A stretch of DNA of 64,000 bases, from assembly GCA_002633005.1 (NCBI GenBank), contig NMRA01000393.1:131828-195827 (forward strand), read 5' to 3'. Each line of letters opens with the position of its first letter. Within the stretch, counting starts at the first letter, position 1. The position numbers and the translations under genes were made by a program. Source of the stretch: Phoronis australis (taxonomy: Eukaryota; Animalia; Phoronida). Below are positions 25,301 through 35,500 of this stretch, piece by piece. The notes beneath the pieces were generated by a model that saw nothing but the letters and a program-made list of their open reading frames with translations, ran no database searches and was not told the origin of the DNA.

Positions 25301-26574
25301 CACATACCTCGGACCGCAAAGCACCGTTTATGGATAAAATGTAGAAATCTACTTCGACATTATTTGTGTAAAGGTTGCGAGATTAAATATAATTTTGGTC
25401 ATGTGTTTGTCCGTAATTTGGTGTAATTGTTGTGAATTAGAAACAATAAACATTATTTTCATTTAAACTTCTTATTTGTTTTACAATTTATTGGCGTCCA
25501 ATATATTTTTGTAACATAATTTCTCTATTTTGACAGTGAAAGTAGCAACTTCCGTTACATTCTGCTTTCTTCTTAAAATGACATGGACCGTTCAAACTCT
25601 GTAAAAAGACCCTCTGTTTCATTCCCTTTCTATCACTATTTCGCGCTACTTACCCGGGAAGCCGACTAGTCCCTGATCGTGTATACCACATGCTTTATGA
25701 AGTGAACCTTGTTTGGCGGTCCGTGTGTCGTGTTTGTGAGTCCGTGACCGTGTATTTTGGGTGAACGAATGGTGTTGGTGAGTTCAATCCCGTGTATGTG
25801 AGTCGGTGAACGGTGTTTGCCAGTAAAGTTGGTCGTTAACCCTACTTAGTGTTTGTTTTTTTTTATTTTGAAACTCGTACGCTGAACAGGGGCGTTGGTT
25901 TACGACCGCAATTCACGTCAAGTCAAGCTCATGAATAGCGACTAGCCCACTTCAATCTGTGACTGCGCCGTCAAGCCTTTGGTGTGCAGCGAAATTCGCT
26001 GTATACTCTGGGGTAAACGGTTCACGCTTTCTCGTCCACTTGCGTGCAAATCCAGTTTGCCTAATAGTTGCCTAATACTGGAAAGGAACGTCGAAGGAAA
26101 TCCAATACCAATCACATTAACCTGTGTATTCAAACCTTTGTGATAGGCCTCCTACTCTCGGACATTTTCTTATTCAAATCTTGCGTCCACCGAACTGTAA
26201 GGTCCATTTACCGAGAAGGGCCTCTCGCAAAATGGAATTGCCCAAATTGTCATATAACTTTTGCTCACTGAGGTAGAAGTGCTTAATATTGAATGATCAG
26301 ATTTTCCTTATGGCCTTGCGGGATCAAATGTTACTTTTGTTTTCCAGTAAATAGACGCTCAACCACGTCCTCAACGACTATCAGTGTTACGCGCGAAACT
26401 AACATTCCCGATGGAAGCGCCAACACGGCAAACGGGTACATGGGGTTACAAACAGCACAGTCTGTGGAAGTAACTTACTCGACTTATTCAGACAACCAAG
26501 ATTCAAATGCATGCATGCAGTTGGACGATTTATCAATCGCTGTACCTTTGAAAGAAGAGGACGTTTCCTGCTAA
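4244..26574 (+). CDS. Relaxin-family peptide receptor-like LRR-containing GPCR (LGR type C; RXFP1/2, LGR3/LGR4-like), 13 coding exons, 5' partial
   Basis: Phase-consistent AG/GT exons: 4244-4324, 7331-7439, 9502-9573, 9841-9912, 11284-11355, 11741-11812, 15540-15611, 15879-16022, 16342-16485, 18811-19052 (or duplicate 20945-21186), 23438-24061, 24825-24977, 26348-26574 (TAA). About 694 aa in the window. Motifs: LRRNT, 72/144-bp phase-2 LRR exons, hinge CHPKTDGISDSKNLL, TM2 NLSAADFLMGVYL, YGTNGVCFPLH, TM6 TDSLCWIPI, TM7 LPVNSAVNPLIY. No start, signal peptide or LDLa exon found. Confidence 0.92.
4844..6111. repeat. Near-identical ~615-bp direct duplication (4844-5461 / 5496-6111) around N at 5462; probable uncollapsed haplotypes
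   Basis: Few substitutions or indels between the copies; the junction is an N. Confidence 0.85.
7331..7439 (+). CDS. LGR exon: LRRNT cap (INHPAECRCFDNSTVDCRKRGLTSVPTNLSPETTRL)
   Basis: ttttcag/gtaagt; CxC...VDC..GLTSVP pattern. Confidence 0.9.
8409..8873. mobile_element. Foldback MITE with one left arm and two tandem right arms (~135 bp each)
   Basis: Ends CTGCCTCCCGT...ACGGGAGGCAG; arm 8409-8555 is inverted at ~8595-8733 and ~8738-8873. Confidence 0.8.
9502..9573 (+). CDS. LGR exon: LRR (VMGSNNFKLLPSEVFKNLKQLRVL)
   Basis: 72 bp, phase 2, cag/gtaagt. Confidence 0.9.
9841..9912 (+). CDS. LGR exon: LRR (SLDECHIRTILPKAFDGLENLNTL)
   Basis: 72 bp, phase 2, cag/gtaagt. Confidence 0.9.
11284..11355 (+). 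CDS. LGR exon: LRR (MLDNNSLETFARDTFTHTPKLKWL)
   Basis: 72 bp, phase 2, cag/gtaagt. Confidence 0.9.
11741..11812 (+). CDS. LGR exon: LRR (FISHNRMEHLRIDSFKGLHLLQWI)
   Basis: 72 bp, phase 2, cag/gtaagc. Confidence 0.9.
12042..12310. mobile_element. GC-rich hAT-like MITE
   Basis: CATGCGTGCACCCAG...CTGGGTGAGCGCTTG; flanks CAGTG/CAATG; related inverted fragment at ~2205-2292. Confidence 0.6.
12542..12946. repeat. Minisatellite, 45-bp unit x9
   Basis: GTTGGCTGTAAGTATTTGGTGACTGTCCAACGTGCAGTGCTCTGT; explains the 15-aa periodic ORFs. Confidence 0.95.
13420..14000 (-). mobile_element. Decayed Penelope-like retroelement 3' fragment (linker + GIY-YIG endonuclease C-terminus)
   Basis: KGLPERLQG..MKPINRLRSVRVRPK and NAVDEHTLVTGH...IIGKEQNWQARKESIKIRIQCPLLNRDGGVHLSPLY, with stops and frameshifts; GCCGAAACGTC hammerhead-like remnant near 13497. 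Confidence 0.8.
14360..15082 (+). mobile_element. Left part of a CATG-terminated TIR element carrying a Tudor-like ORF, truncated by N
   Basis: Begins exactly where duplicate 14009-14359 diverges from 15084-15423; its terminus matches the reverse complement of 5472-5495. Confidence 0.65.
15540..15611 (+). CDS. LGR exon: LRR (DLEHNLIHQLKSTTFSRTPNLTTL)
   Basis: 72 bp, phase 2, cag/gtaagt. Confidence 0.9.
15879..16022 (+). CDS. LGR exon: two LRRs (ILDNNLIAKLERDAFKSVEMLSELSLSNNKVSHLPIGIFRFNKQLQTI)
   Basis: 144 bp, phase 2, cag/gtgagt. Confidence 0.9.
16342..16485 (+). CDS. LGR exon: two LRRs (RLNKNPITGLPVDLFKYNLRLVSLSLSDTLIEDLDKATFEHLTALEHV)
   Basis: 144 bp, phase 2, tag/gtaagt. Confidence 0.9.
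16510..16695 (-). mobile_element. tRNA-derived SINE fragment
   Basis: Minus-strand B-box GGTTCAAATCC (plus GGATTTGAACC near 16645); body matches an oppositely oriented copy at ~38300-38390. Confidence 0.6.
17249..18248. mobile_element. Degenerate TTAA-flanked TIR element (Kolobok-like), containing a 27-bp x3 tandem repeat at ~17678-17756
   Basis: Left TTAAAGCTGCATTTGG...AAACACGAAAATCGAATTGATC is an imperfect inverse of GTCGAATTCGATTTTCGTTTTTAGCC...TTAA. Confidence 0.5.
18811..19052 (+). CDS. LGR exon: hinge + TM1 to start of TM2 (copy 1)
   Basis: tttag/gtaagt; YMKYHDHCYVLPSYLIDCHPKTDGISDSKNLLAYPILRISVWFIACITLSGNFIV. Confidence 0.88.
19357..19843 (+). mobile_element. Left end of a hAT-like element, truncated by the gap
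   Basis: CATAGGCGGATTTAGGGGGTGGCCCAGGGGGCCCGGCCCC terminus; empty site in the duplicate (ttgtat|atac near 21477). Confidence 0.65.
20945..21186 (+). CDS. LGR exon: hinge + TM1 (copy 2, probable allelic duplicate)
   Basis: Same peptide as 18811-19052 with only synonymous differences seen; the copies are separated by the N gap at 19844-20324. Confidence 0.85.
21962..22768. mobile_element. ~800-bp interspersed repeat with an internal tRNA-like segment and a hairpin MITE end; second copy at ~41052-41855
   Basis: Direct alignment of the two copies; GGATTCGAACCC at ~22062; MITE arm also at 28815-28895. Confidence 0.8.
23438..24061 (+). CDS. LGR exon: TM2-TM6
   Basis: Within ORF 23410-24108; ADFLMGVYLLIIG, SEVSILILAYMSLERC, TDSLCWIPI; tacag/gtaagc. 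Confidence 0.95.
24825..24977 (+). CDS. LGR exon: TM7 and helix 8
   Basis: AVFVLPVNSAVNPLIYSLTTLTFRR; tttag/gtatta. Confidence 0.92.
25202..25820. mobile_element. MITE with ~120-bp imperfect TIRs
   Basis: GTAAACACCGTTCACTGACTCACATACACGGGAT... inverted as ...ATCCCGTGTATGTGAGTCGGTGAACGGTGTTTGC. Confidence 0.75.
26348..26574 (+). CDS. LGR terminal exon: Ser/Thr-rich cytoplasmic tail
   Basis: tttccag acceptor in matching phase 1; NRRSTTSSTTIS...EEDVSC*; AATAAA near 26740. Confidence 0.75.
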
Positions 26575-28319
26575 AGACAACACTGCCTATGATAACTTGC
26601 ATGTTTCACCATTCAATCCACTGTGTTCAAATTGACTATATAGAGCTAGGTAACTCCATCACAGTCAGGAGAGAGCTTACTTGATATGTCGCACATCTAT
26701 TATCAAGATTTTTGTAGGCTTAGTAGTGCAAGTAAACTAAATAAAAACTAGTTTGTGATTGAAGAAGCAAGGTCAGCGACCTGCTTGAGAGACGTGCATG
26801 AGACAGTCATGACATGTGACTGGTTGAAAGTCGTGCATGTGACAGTCATGATATGCGATTGACAACGATATACTTCTTGGTGCCAATACAAGTCACTATT
26901 GATTGATCAGCGTGCGAATAAGGCAACGACTTTGATTTGAATATTATTGAAATTTCGTGAATTTGACAGTATTCAAACATTTAATCATTCTTCAGTTTAT
27001 TTCACAGTTTTTGATTATTTTATTAAAATGTAATTTTATTATTTGCTGATATTAGAATGTATTTACACGTAGCCAAACTCTTCTATAGCCACTATACACT
27101 GGTCATCAATTTAAATTGTGTCGCTTGTTCGACTTTTCGCTGTTAGTTTAATCTTTGTAGCAGAACCCATACGGAAGTCTTACTCTCTACACAGCTACTG
27201 AATTTCTGAAAGATAATTATATCTTACTTGAGAAAAAGTGCAAAGTCTATGAGAATAAACATATAACTGCTAGTTACTGAGATGGTGTGTATAAATTGTT
27301 GTCTGTATCAACGACGATGACTCTCGGTTCCATTTGCCTGAGGTGTGACGCAATTCGTAATCTCATAAATATGAGCCATGACGATTACCTCCCAAAAGGA
27401 CGAGTACCAAATTCGGAAGTAATGTGGCCCAGAAAGTTTTTTTTTTCTGGATTATTAAGCGTTACCCTCTGCCAAACTTTCAAACTAGGCATGCTTAATG
27501 AGGGAGTATAACCCATCGCATACTTGGACGGAAATATTTAGTCGGAAAATAACTTGACGGAAACTTTATCGAGTTATTTCTGTTTGTTACTTAAGTTGCT
27601 CATTATAAGCGTTAGAAATGGGAACAGCTCACTACTCCAAGGGTCATTATTCCATAAGCTCGCTACTCCAGCGGTTCACTACTCCTACAATACGTGAAAT
27701 TCCGGACTCGGGTGTAAATTCTATACATCTGTATGCCAAAATACACAATAATTGGGTTATTAGACGCAGTGGTGTACCGATGCTGAAAACTACGTCCGGT
27801 TACTGAAAACACTTGGTTCTTGGGTTTGATTTCTTGCCCATGCAAAATTGAGGTCCAAATTATATAAAGTGGGAATATTGAACCCCAATACATTCACCAA
27901 AGCTATGTCAAGATCGCAGTCTCCGCGCAATCCGATGCTCCTCAGCCTCACCCAACGCGCCGGAACCATGGTCAAAACTAAACGTTGTAGGCTACCCTTT
28001 CCCTTCACCATGACGGACAGTGCCATCCAGTCTTCTCAAATTTAAAGCCGTCCGTTGGTCACCATAGCCCTGAAATAAAATATCTATGTGCCCTAATGCT
28101 GTCCTTGTTTGCAAATGAGTCGTTTCAGATTCAAGAAGCACGATTACTAGTGACTGGAACTGAGTTCATTTGCATACATGCAATTATTATAACAACAAAC
28201 AATAATAAAAATAATAAGCTTTAATTGTAGAGGGTAAAATACAATATAATTAAAAACATGCTTTAGCCAAAAGCTAATATGCTCTTGTAAATCTTTGGTT
28301 ACAATTGTTCGATACTAAA

Positions 28320-28700
28320 CTATGCCCTACATGGTTGGAAGAGAGGTTTTTCGCAGTGGCTCAAATATCGACATTCTTCGAAATAAATTTGTAAATTCTT
28401 GTTAGGTCTTGGACGAAGTGCCCCTAATTCAAAAGCCCGGAGTGAGCTAGGCAAGTCTACAATGGTGTCACGGAGGTTTACTAGGATTGTTAAATATTGG
28501 TTGAAGTTGTTGAAATTGCCTCCTAATAGATATACCTATTCATGCTATGACTTTGCAAAACGAAATCGTGAAAGCTGGAGTTTTCCCTTAAAAATCTACT
28601 ATTCAGGACTGGGTCAGTCAAGCAAGATTCATCAACAGGGCTGTCGTACCATCAAGTGGAGAGTCCTACAACTTGGATAACAGAGAAGGCATTTGATAGA
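28320..28700 (+). mobile_element. Decayed non-LTR retrotransposon C-terminal fragment
   Basis: KFLLGLGRSAPNSKARSELGK...IVKYWLKLLKLPPNRY resembles the post-RT region of CR1/L2/RTE-type LINEs. Confidence 0.6.
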
Positions 28701-29526
28701 TTGACTGAAGTAATCTTTAAAGAGGGCGTTACTCTTCTTTGTAGTTGATTACTAAAATAACAACAGGTTTCACTTATCTAATTAGTGTTTATCATATAAT
28801 TAATTTATTACATATAGATTATTACATGGCCAAGTCGTTACCCCCCGTATCTAGAGCCCTCGTGGATTTTGGAGAATTATCACCCTCGGGGCTAATCTAT
28901 ATTTATCATTCTCTCTCCATCAACGCGCAATCTCAAAGCAAAGCTACATTTTAAACAAACCCACAGTCAATATCTTACAATTATGATAGTTCATATTTTT
29001 CTGTTACTGTGTGTGTAATGTGCCGTGGATGGTAAGATGGGCGTTGAAAATTACCAGCGCTTAGAGACACATGACACGCCTTTCATTAGCGAAATCTTAG
29101 CATAATAAAACTAAACAAACAAAGAACTCGTTTTTTACTAAACAAAAGCAAATGAGCAATGATTTCCCAGCATGGGGTTGGGTTTCAGAGAATCATCATG
29201 CTGGCCTGCTAGGTTGCCGAAAAGTTAACGATGTAATGCGTGCCACGTGACCTGACTGTGACTAGCACGATAACTATTCCTGCATCACGCTACTTTTGTT
29301 TTTATACACATTTTGGCGAGGAACACGTATTGTCATACAATAATCCATAAGAATTATTGTATCAAAGGAATTTTTTTCACCGTGTTGTCACTGGTTATTA
29401 ACTTTCTTATTGACTCACATGTTGAGTTCTCAGATATTTTTTGTCACACGAAAGACAATTATCGAAAGTTTAAACTGTGTTGCTATTTAAACGAAACAAC
29501 GATTTTAAGCTTGCACCTGATTTGTG

Positions 29527-32500
29527 ATGAAGGGCGGAGTGCTGATAAGAGCAAGAGTGCTTTACATACTTCTTTTTGCTTCCTCGAAATGTCTGAAGCT
29601 TTTGCACGCAAACACGGTGTTAGCTATCTATGAAGGAGTGCAAAATGTTTACAAGCGCAGCACGTGCACTACTGAGCCAGCAAATGGCATGTCTTCTGTT
29701 CTTGACGACTGCGTTTTATTGTGTTTACAAGCTGATACGTGCGATACCCTGAGTTACAATTTTGATTCGGGTCAATGTCGACATCACTGTGGCAACTTAA
29801 GTCTTCAGGACAGTCTAGTGGAAAGTCCTGGGTGGATATTTTTCGAAGACCCCACACGTAAACTTGAAGGTAAAATATTTTGCAGCTTTGAACACAATTT
29901 ATACTTTATATCGTTATTGATACAATTACCTGTGTTGTATTTAAATTCATGCCGTGCAGGAGATGAATGCCTTACACGTCCTATAACAAGCAGAGTCATT
30001 TGTACGGCTGTGTCACCACGTAACTGTGTTATCCAACAGTGGAATACGGAAAATGCTTTTCTATATTACTCCTGTGAAATGACTAATGTGCGCCGTAAGA
30101 ATTTGCGAAATATGCCAATAGGAGTAACTATAGTTATTTCACTACCGCGCCACCTGGAGGCTTCTACAGTCTCCTAACGTACTACCGTCATCACTACACT
30201 AGTGTTTTTTTGTCACAATATACCAATTCGCTGAACAACAGCTGTTGTAGTGCCCAAGAAGAAGCCTCGTCGCCAATAGAAAGGAGGTGTTTTTGCTTCG
30301 ATATTAATTGAAAGCAAAAAGTTTCTCGGAGGAGAAGAGATGCAATCTCGGCGTGGCTGGATTAATTTCTACACCAGCCAACATTTGTGTTGCCTCCGCT
30401 TACCGGACTTAGCAGCAGAACATTCGGTAAAGTTGGTCTAACGATTATCAATAATGATCGATTTTCATTTCTTATATGGAGTAATTTTGGAGAAAGCTGC
30501 TACTTCATTCCATTTTTGCAAAGAACCCCACGAACTATACCTGTATCCCAAACGAAAAACAGTAAACCTGTCAAAAAATAGCCCGAGAGCAGCTAGGTGA
30601 ATTTCAATGTTTTATTAGGGTTCCACTTTTAAAAGAGGTGGGCGGGATTTTCGCATACGGCGGTAGCAACCTGGTTCCCCAAGCCTCACACGCTGACGTC
30701 ACGGATAGCTTGTGAAGACCCAGGTACAGCGCACTACAACGTCAGTTTTCATTGGCTGTCAGCTGACAATTTTTAACCAGGAAGTTGGCGTGCGCATGCT
30801 TACATCCAGTAAACCGAGGTCGTAACTCTCTGGTGATCTAGCTGTTTATATTGTGAAATCAACAAACTGACCTGAAATTAATGTAATTATCGATTCCTTA
30901 TCATGGAAATAAACCTGAATTGGCTACACTCTTTTCACTTGACAGTTTTCAATTTTATTGTTTGAACGCTTTTATGTATTGAAAACGTCTCTTACAGCAG
31001 GGGCGGATATAGGATTTTGAGTTGGGAGCAATGACATAGTATTAGAGACAGGATTTTTCCCGTCAGACATTCGCACCCCCGAACTGCCATCTGGAATCAG
31101 AGAGAAATTTAGGCGGGGCCAACTTCGCCCCCTCCCTAAATCCGTCACTGTAGTGTTGCAGTAGACACTGCTGCACAGTATTCACTCCCTAGAACTCCAC
31201 AATTTTTTACCCTCCAGCTAGCCACAATTCTCGAGTTACACCCCTCCACTCGTCGCCATAATTTCTTCCCATTTCCCTCTTTGAGCTGGGCCCCCGCGCA
31301 ACTTAAGGTTATAAGCCATTCCGATCACCTTGGGTATATTCGGAGCTCCAAATTTCTCCTCAGAGGTGCGTGACTTTCAAACTTGGTGGTAAATGATTGG
31401 CCATAATGACTAACGTTCGGGCATGCACTGAAAACATTTACCTCCAAGGGCATGCGAAACACCTTGGGTGTTTTCGTAACCTCACATTTTACCTAATAGG
31501 TGAACGCTATCCAAGAGCGGATCCAGGATTTTGAGTTGGGAGGCAGGGCACAGGAATAACCAGAAATTAGCCACATGCGCGCTCCCAGCCTAAAATGTAG
31601 GGATGCAGGGGTATCGAATTTTTGGGTTTGTGGACCTTATTACTATTACGGTAAACGTGGTTTGTTCAATTCGCTGCCAAATGGTATCTGGGTGAATTTT
31701 AAAGGGGGCCATGGTCCCTTGCCCCCCCCCTTTCATTGAATCCGCCACTGCTATCTGAGCGTGTGAGGACTTCAGTTAGCCTAATATTCTCACGACTTAA
31801 CATTTTGGATAACGTTCATCTCCGAGAGGATATTTGAGGCAAAGAAAATCCCCTATGTGTTTCGAAAAAAAATTTGTATATAGGAAAATAGTCGATGTGC
31901 TCTAGTCTCTAGATGTTCCTAGGGTAAATTTCTAGCTACGAAAATACCCGAGTGGTGTCCCAAATGTGCCCTAAGATTTAGGTTAAACTTTGTGTATAAT
32001 ACGGTACAAGAAGAATCTCCGCCTATTTAGACGGTGGCTCAAAAACATTGGTAGGGACTCAAACTAACAAAGGTGTGTGGTGGAATTCAATGAAAATGTA
32101 GCCTAATGTTCCAAATGCACAATATTTTTATAAGGGTTAATGCTAACAACTTAATCCTTTCGTAGTAATTCTTGGACAGCTGTCTTTTTCATCCATTAAA
32201 CTTGACGAAGTCTGCTCAGGGATTCCTGTTGACAAAAATGAGTCACGGTCTGGATACCAAAATTTTAAGAAAACAGTTATCGTATTAAATCCCTTCTGCA
32301 GTAGAAAAAAGGTACCATTTGCAGTGTTTTTAACTCCCAGGTGAAACCTGTTGTATTTGTCTCGTTTTTCCCCGTGAGTGGGTGGGCGCATGTGGGAGGT
32401 AAGTGGAGGCCTCGATCCCGATTCAAACATTCTTAACCCGAGCAAAACGCGGGAAATCCCTCATTTATTTTACAAAGAATTTATTTTACAAAGACCTGGC

Positions 32501-35500
32501 GGACCAGGTCTAAAGCTGAGGGCGCTTGCGCTCCTTTCCAGCTATNCTGTTTTTTTTTTGCAATTAAGGCAGTTGATTCAGCAAGTTTGAAGGCAAAAAA
32601 AAACAGAAACAAAAAACAACGCGACCAAATGAAATCAAAGACCTACCAACGTTACAAATGTTCCCGGCAGAGTGTAATTCTCTGGTCTGCTCCTCGGCGA
32701 ATTGGAGATTCAACGTTTTAGCGGAAAGTACGAGGAACCGACAAAACTGTAATTTCTCCGGTAAATACTGTTTGAAAAAAACCTGTTAACTAAAAAGTAT
32801 TTGAACGTTGTATTGTAAACGAGTATACAATAATAAAAATATGAAAGTATGTACATTTATGTTAGCGTACATTGTACTCTCTTCCTAAGTTTATTAGAAC
32901 TGGGCCATTGATAGCCGCTCGTGGAACAATTTCCGTGACGATATCGCGCTCACAATACGCTATTCAAGACCACCGGCATTCTCACACCACTTTCTATTAT
33001 TAATCAGCAGACTTCAGCCAGAGCAGACCTAAAAGTCACCCAGCGACGTAATAAAATTATGAAATATACAAAAAGCGCACAGATATCTCTATTGCCACAG
33101 GTCGTGGGTCGAGGGGGTTGCGGTTCGAGAGGTGCGGGGGTCGTGGGGGTTTCAGAACAATCCATTTAGTCCCGTGTATTTTAAACGGGAGGTAGGCGAA
33201 ATCCGCTCACCGATTAAAAGTTTTCACCTCGTCAAAAATACACTCTACACTTAAAACTATCACTTAAAAAGGCACTTACTTTCTTCAGTGGTTCTTTCTG
33301 CTTCTACGTATGAGTCGATGAAGCATAGCTATGAGAATTAAGGTGACTTTGGCAAAGAATTCCAACTCTACATTTTTGGTCACCGTTAAATTTTCACCGT
33401 GCGCGCGATAACAACAAAATATTTCAACTGAGTCACGTGAAGTAGGTAAAGTCTAGCGCGAGACTGTGCGAAGCGCGAGACTGTGCGAAGTGCGCGACGT
33501 AGCGGGAGACACTTGCAAAATAGCATATGGGAAGATATCAGGTGAGATTTGTTAGATTTGTGTCCCTTGGAGTTTTAGTTCGTCAAAATAACACCCGGTG
33601 AGAGAAACTCGAGCGAACCGCGATCGAGTTTTCATGGATATGTTCAAGTTCTGTTGACTAAATTGTATCCAGAGTCATGTTATGTGTTAATTATAACTCT
33701 ATGAGCATATATGCAGGTTTCATTCGGTTTTATTTGCTTTATTTTGAAATGAGTAACTTTTTATGAGAATGTACTATCGGGCAAATCACAATCAATGTCC
33801 ATATTCGGTGGCCACTTTTGGTGAAAAAAGAAGGTTGTCATATAACTGTAAAAGCTAGGTTATTTCAAACTACCATCATTCCAGGTTTGTAATCTAAAAT
33901 ATTTTTGCACAAGAACCCCCGAATAAAATTTTATGGCCTAATGTATCGCAGTTGTATAAAAGGGTACGTACACTACAATTTGTGGTCACAGCCCACTTCT
34001 ATCATGCAAAAATTTATAAGGTAGCTGTTAATTTAGTAAGTTCTTGATCAAATTGAAGAAGTATCATATACTAAAGTAAGAAAAATTATTATCGTGCTGA
34101 TCAAGTTGTTCTAGATGATGATACATTGCATGTCTTAACACAGTATTATGAGAACTTCTTCTCTTGCAATATGATTTTTACAAAAAGAAAATGACAGGTA
34201 ACTACTTTTTTCAAAAACTTTATTGGTGCTATTTGCCTAGTTTTCATCACATTCACCAGTTGGGCAAAATAGTTAAAGTATTATGAGAACTTCTTCTCTT
34301 GCAATATGATTTTTACAAAAAGAAAATGACAGGTAACTACTTTTTTCAAAAACTTTATTGGTGCTATTTGCCTAGTTTTCATCACATTCACCAGTTGGGC
34401 AAAATAGTTAAAGCAATGTTAGGCCCAGTGTTCAACTTGTAAACAGTAAAAATGGTACTGGTTGAGGGGTACGTACACTACGCACAGTCAAGAATCAACG
34501 TCAAATTTTGACTTAGTTACAAATGTATGCGATGATCTTGAGTCTCGTGCTGCCTCTACTAGTTGTTTTGTTGCAAGTTGTCTTGAGAGATAGAGAACCT
34601 GCTTCTGCAACATCAGTTGTCACATGACATGTCTTCTAGGATGTTACTAGCCAAGACCTGTCCATTGTTTTTTTTTGTTTTATCAGACTGGATGCATTTT
34701 GGAAATATCAGTATTGTTCATGAGATCAACAGTATGTAAAAATATTTTACTTGTGGGCAATACTTTATAGCAGAGAGGTTGGAGGTACGTACACTACATA
34801 ACGCTACCTACATTACATTCCAATGACTTGTCACGTTTATAAAAATACTTAGAATCTACTGAGAGATAGTTAACTTACCAAATCTATTCTAAGAGAACAA
34901 ACAAAAAGTACAGCATAAACGTCTGTCTGTCATTCTTTGAAAACAGGCACATGTTAAAATATAAGGGTGACGTACACTACACAAATGCTAATATTACACT
35001 AAAAATAAATGCATTTGTAATTAACACCCTTTTAACCTAACATTTTTAAGGAAGGAAACTGTCTATGACCAATGTTGCTCACTTACCAAGTGATGTTTTA
35101 ATTTCATGGCATTTGTAAACATGGGGGTACAGAGGCTGATCTACAGGGGGGTTCAGGGGGTTTAAACCCCCCTCGGGACAGGATCAAAAATAAAAACTGG
35201 AAAAAAATCGCCTGAAAAACGAAATTAGCTACTAAAAATCCCAAAAAATCTTACTCGGCAGGAGGAAAACCCTCTCGCGACCTTCCTTCTCCTCGGCGCT
35301 ACGCGCCTCGGATTCTTTCGAATCCTAAACCCCCCCCCTTACTAAAATCGTAGATCTGCCACTGCGGGTACGTACACAAAAAAAGGGGTAGCTACACTAC
35401 ATCACTGTTTCTGCATCACATGGTAACATAATGTTGTATGGCCGTTTATTTTTATTTTGTGATAATAAGCACCATGTTGTTATTTAAAAGGCAATAATTT

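Noticed and set aside
29870-30177. C-terminal half of the 217-aa ORF
   Set aside because: Read-through into the intron after the donor at 29870; the spliced model gives a coherent jacalin domain
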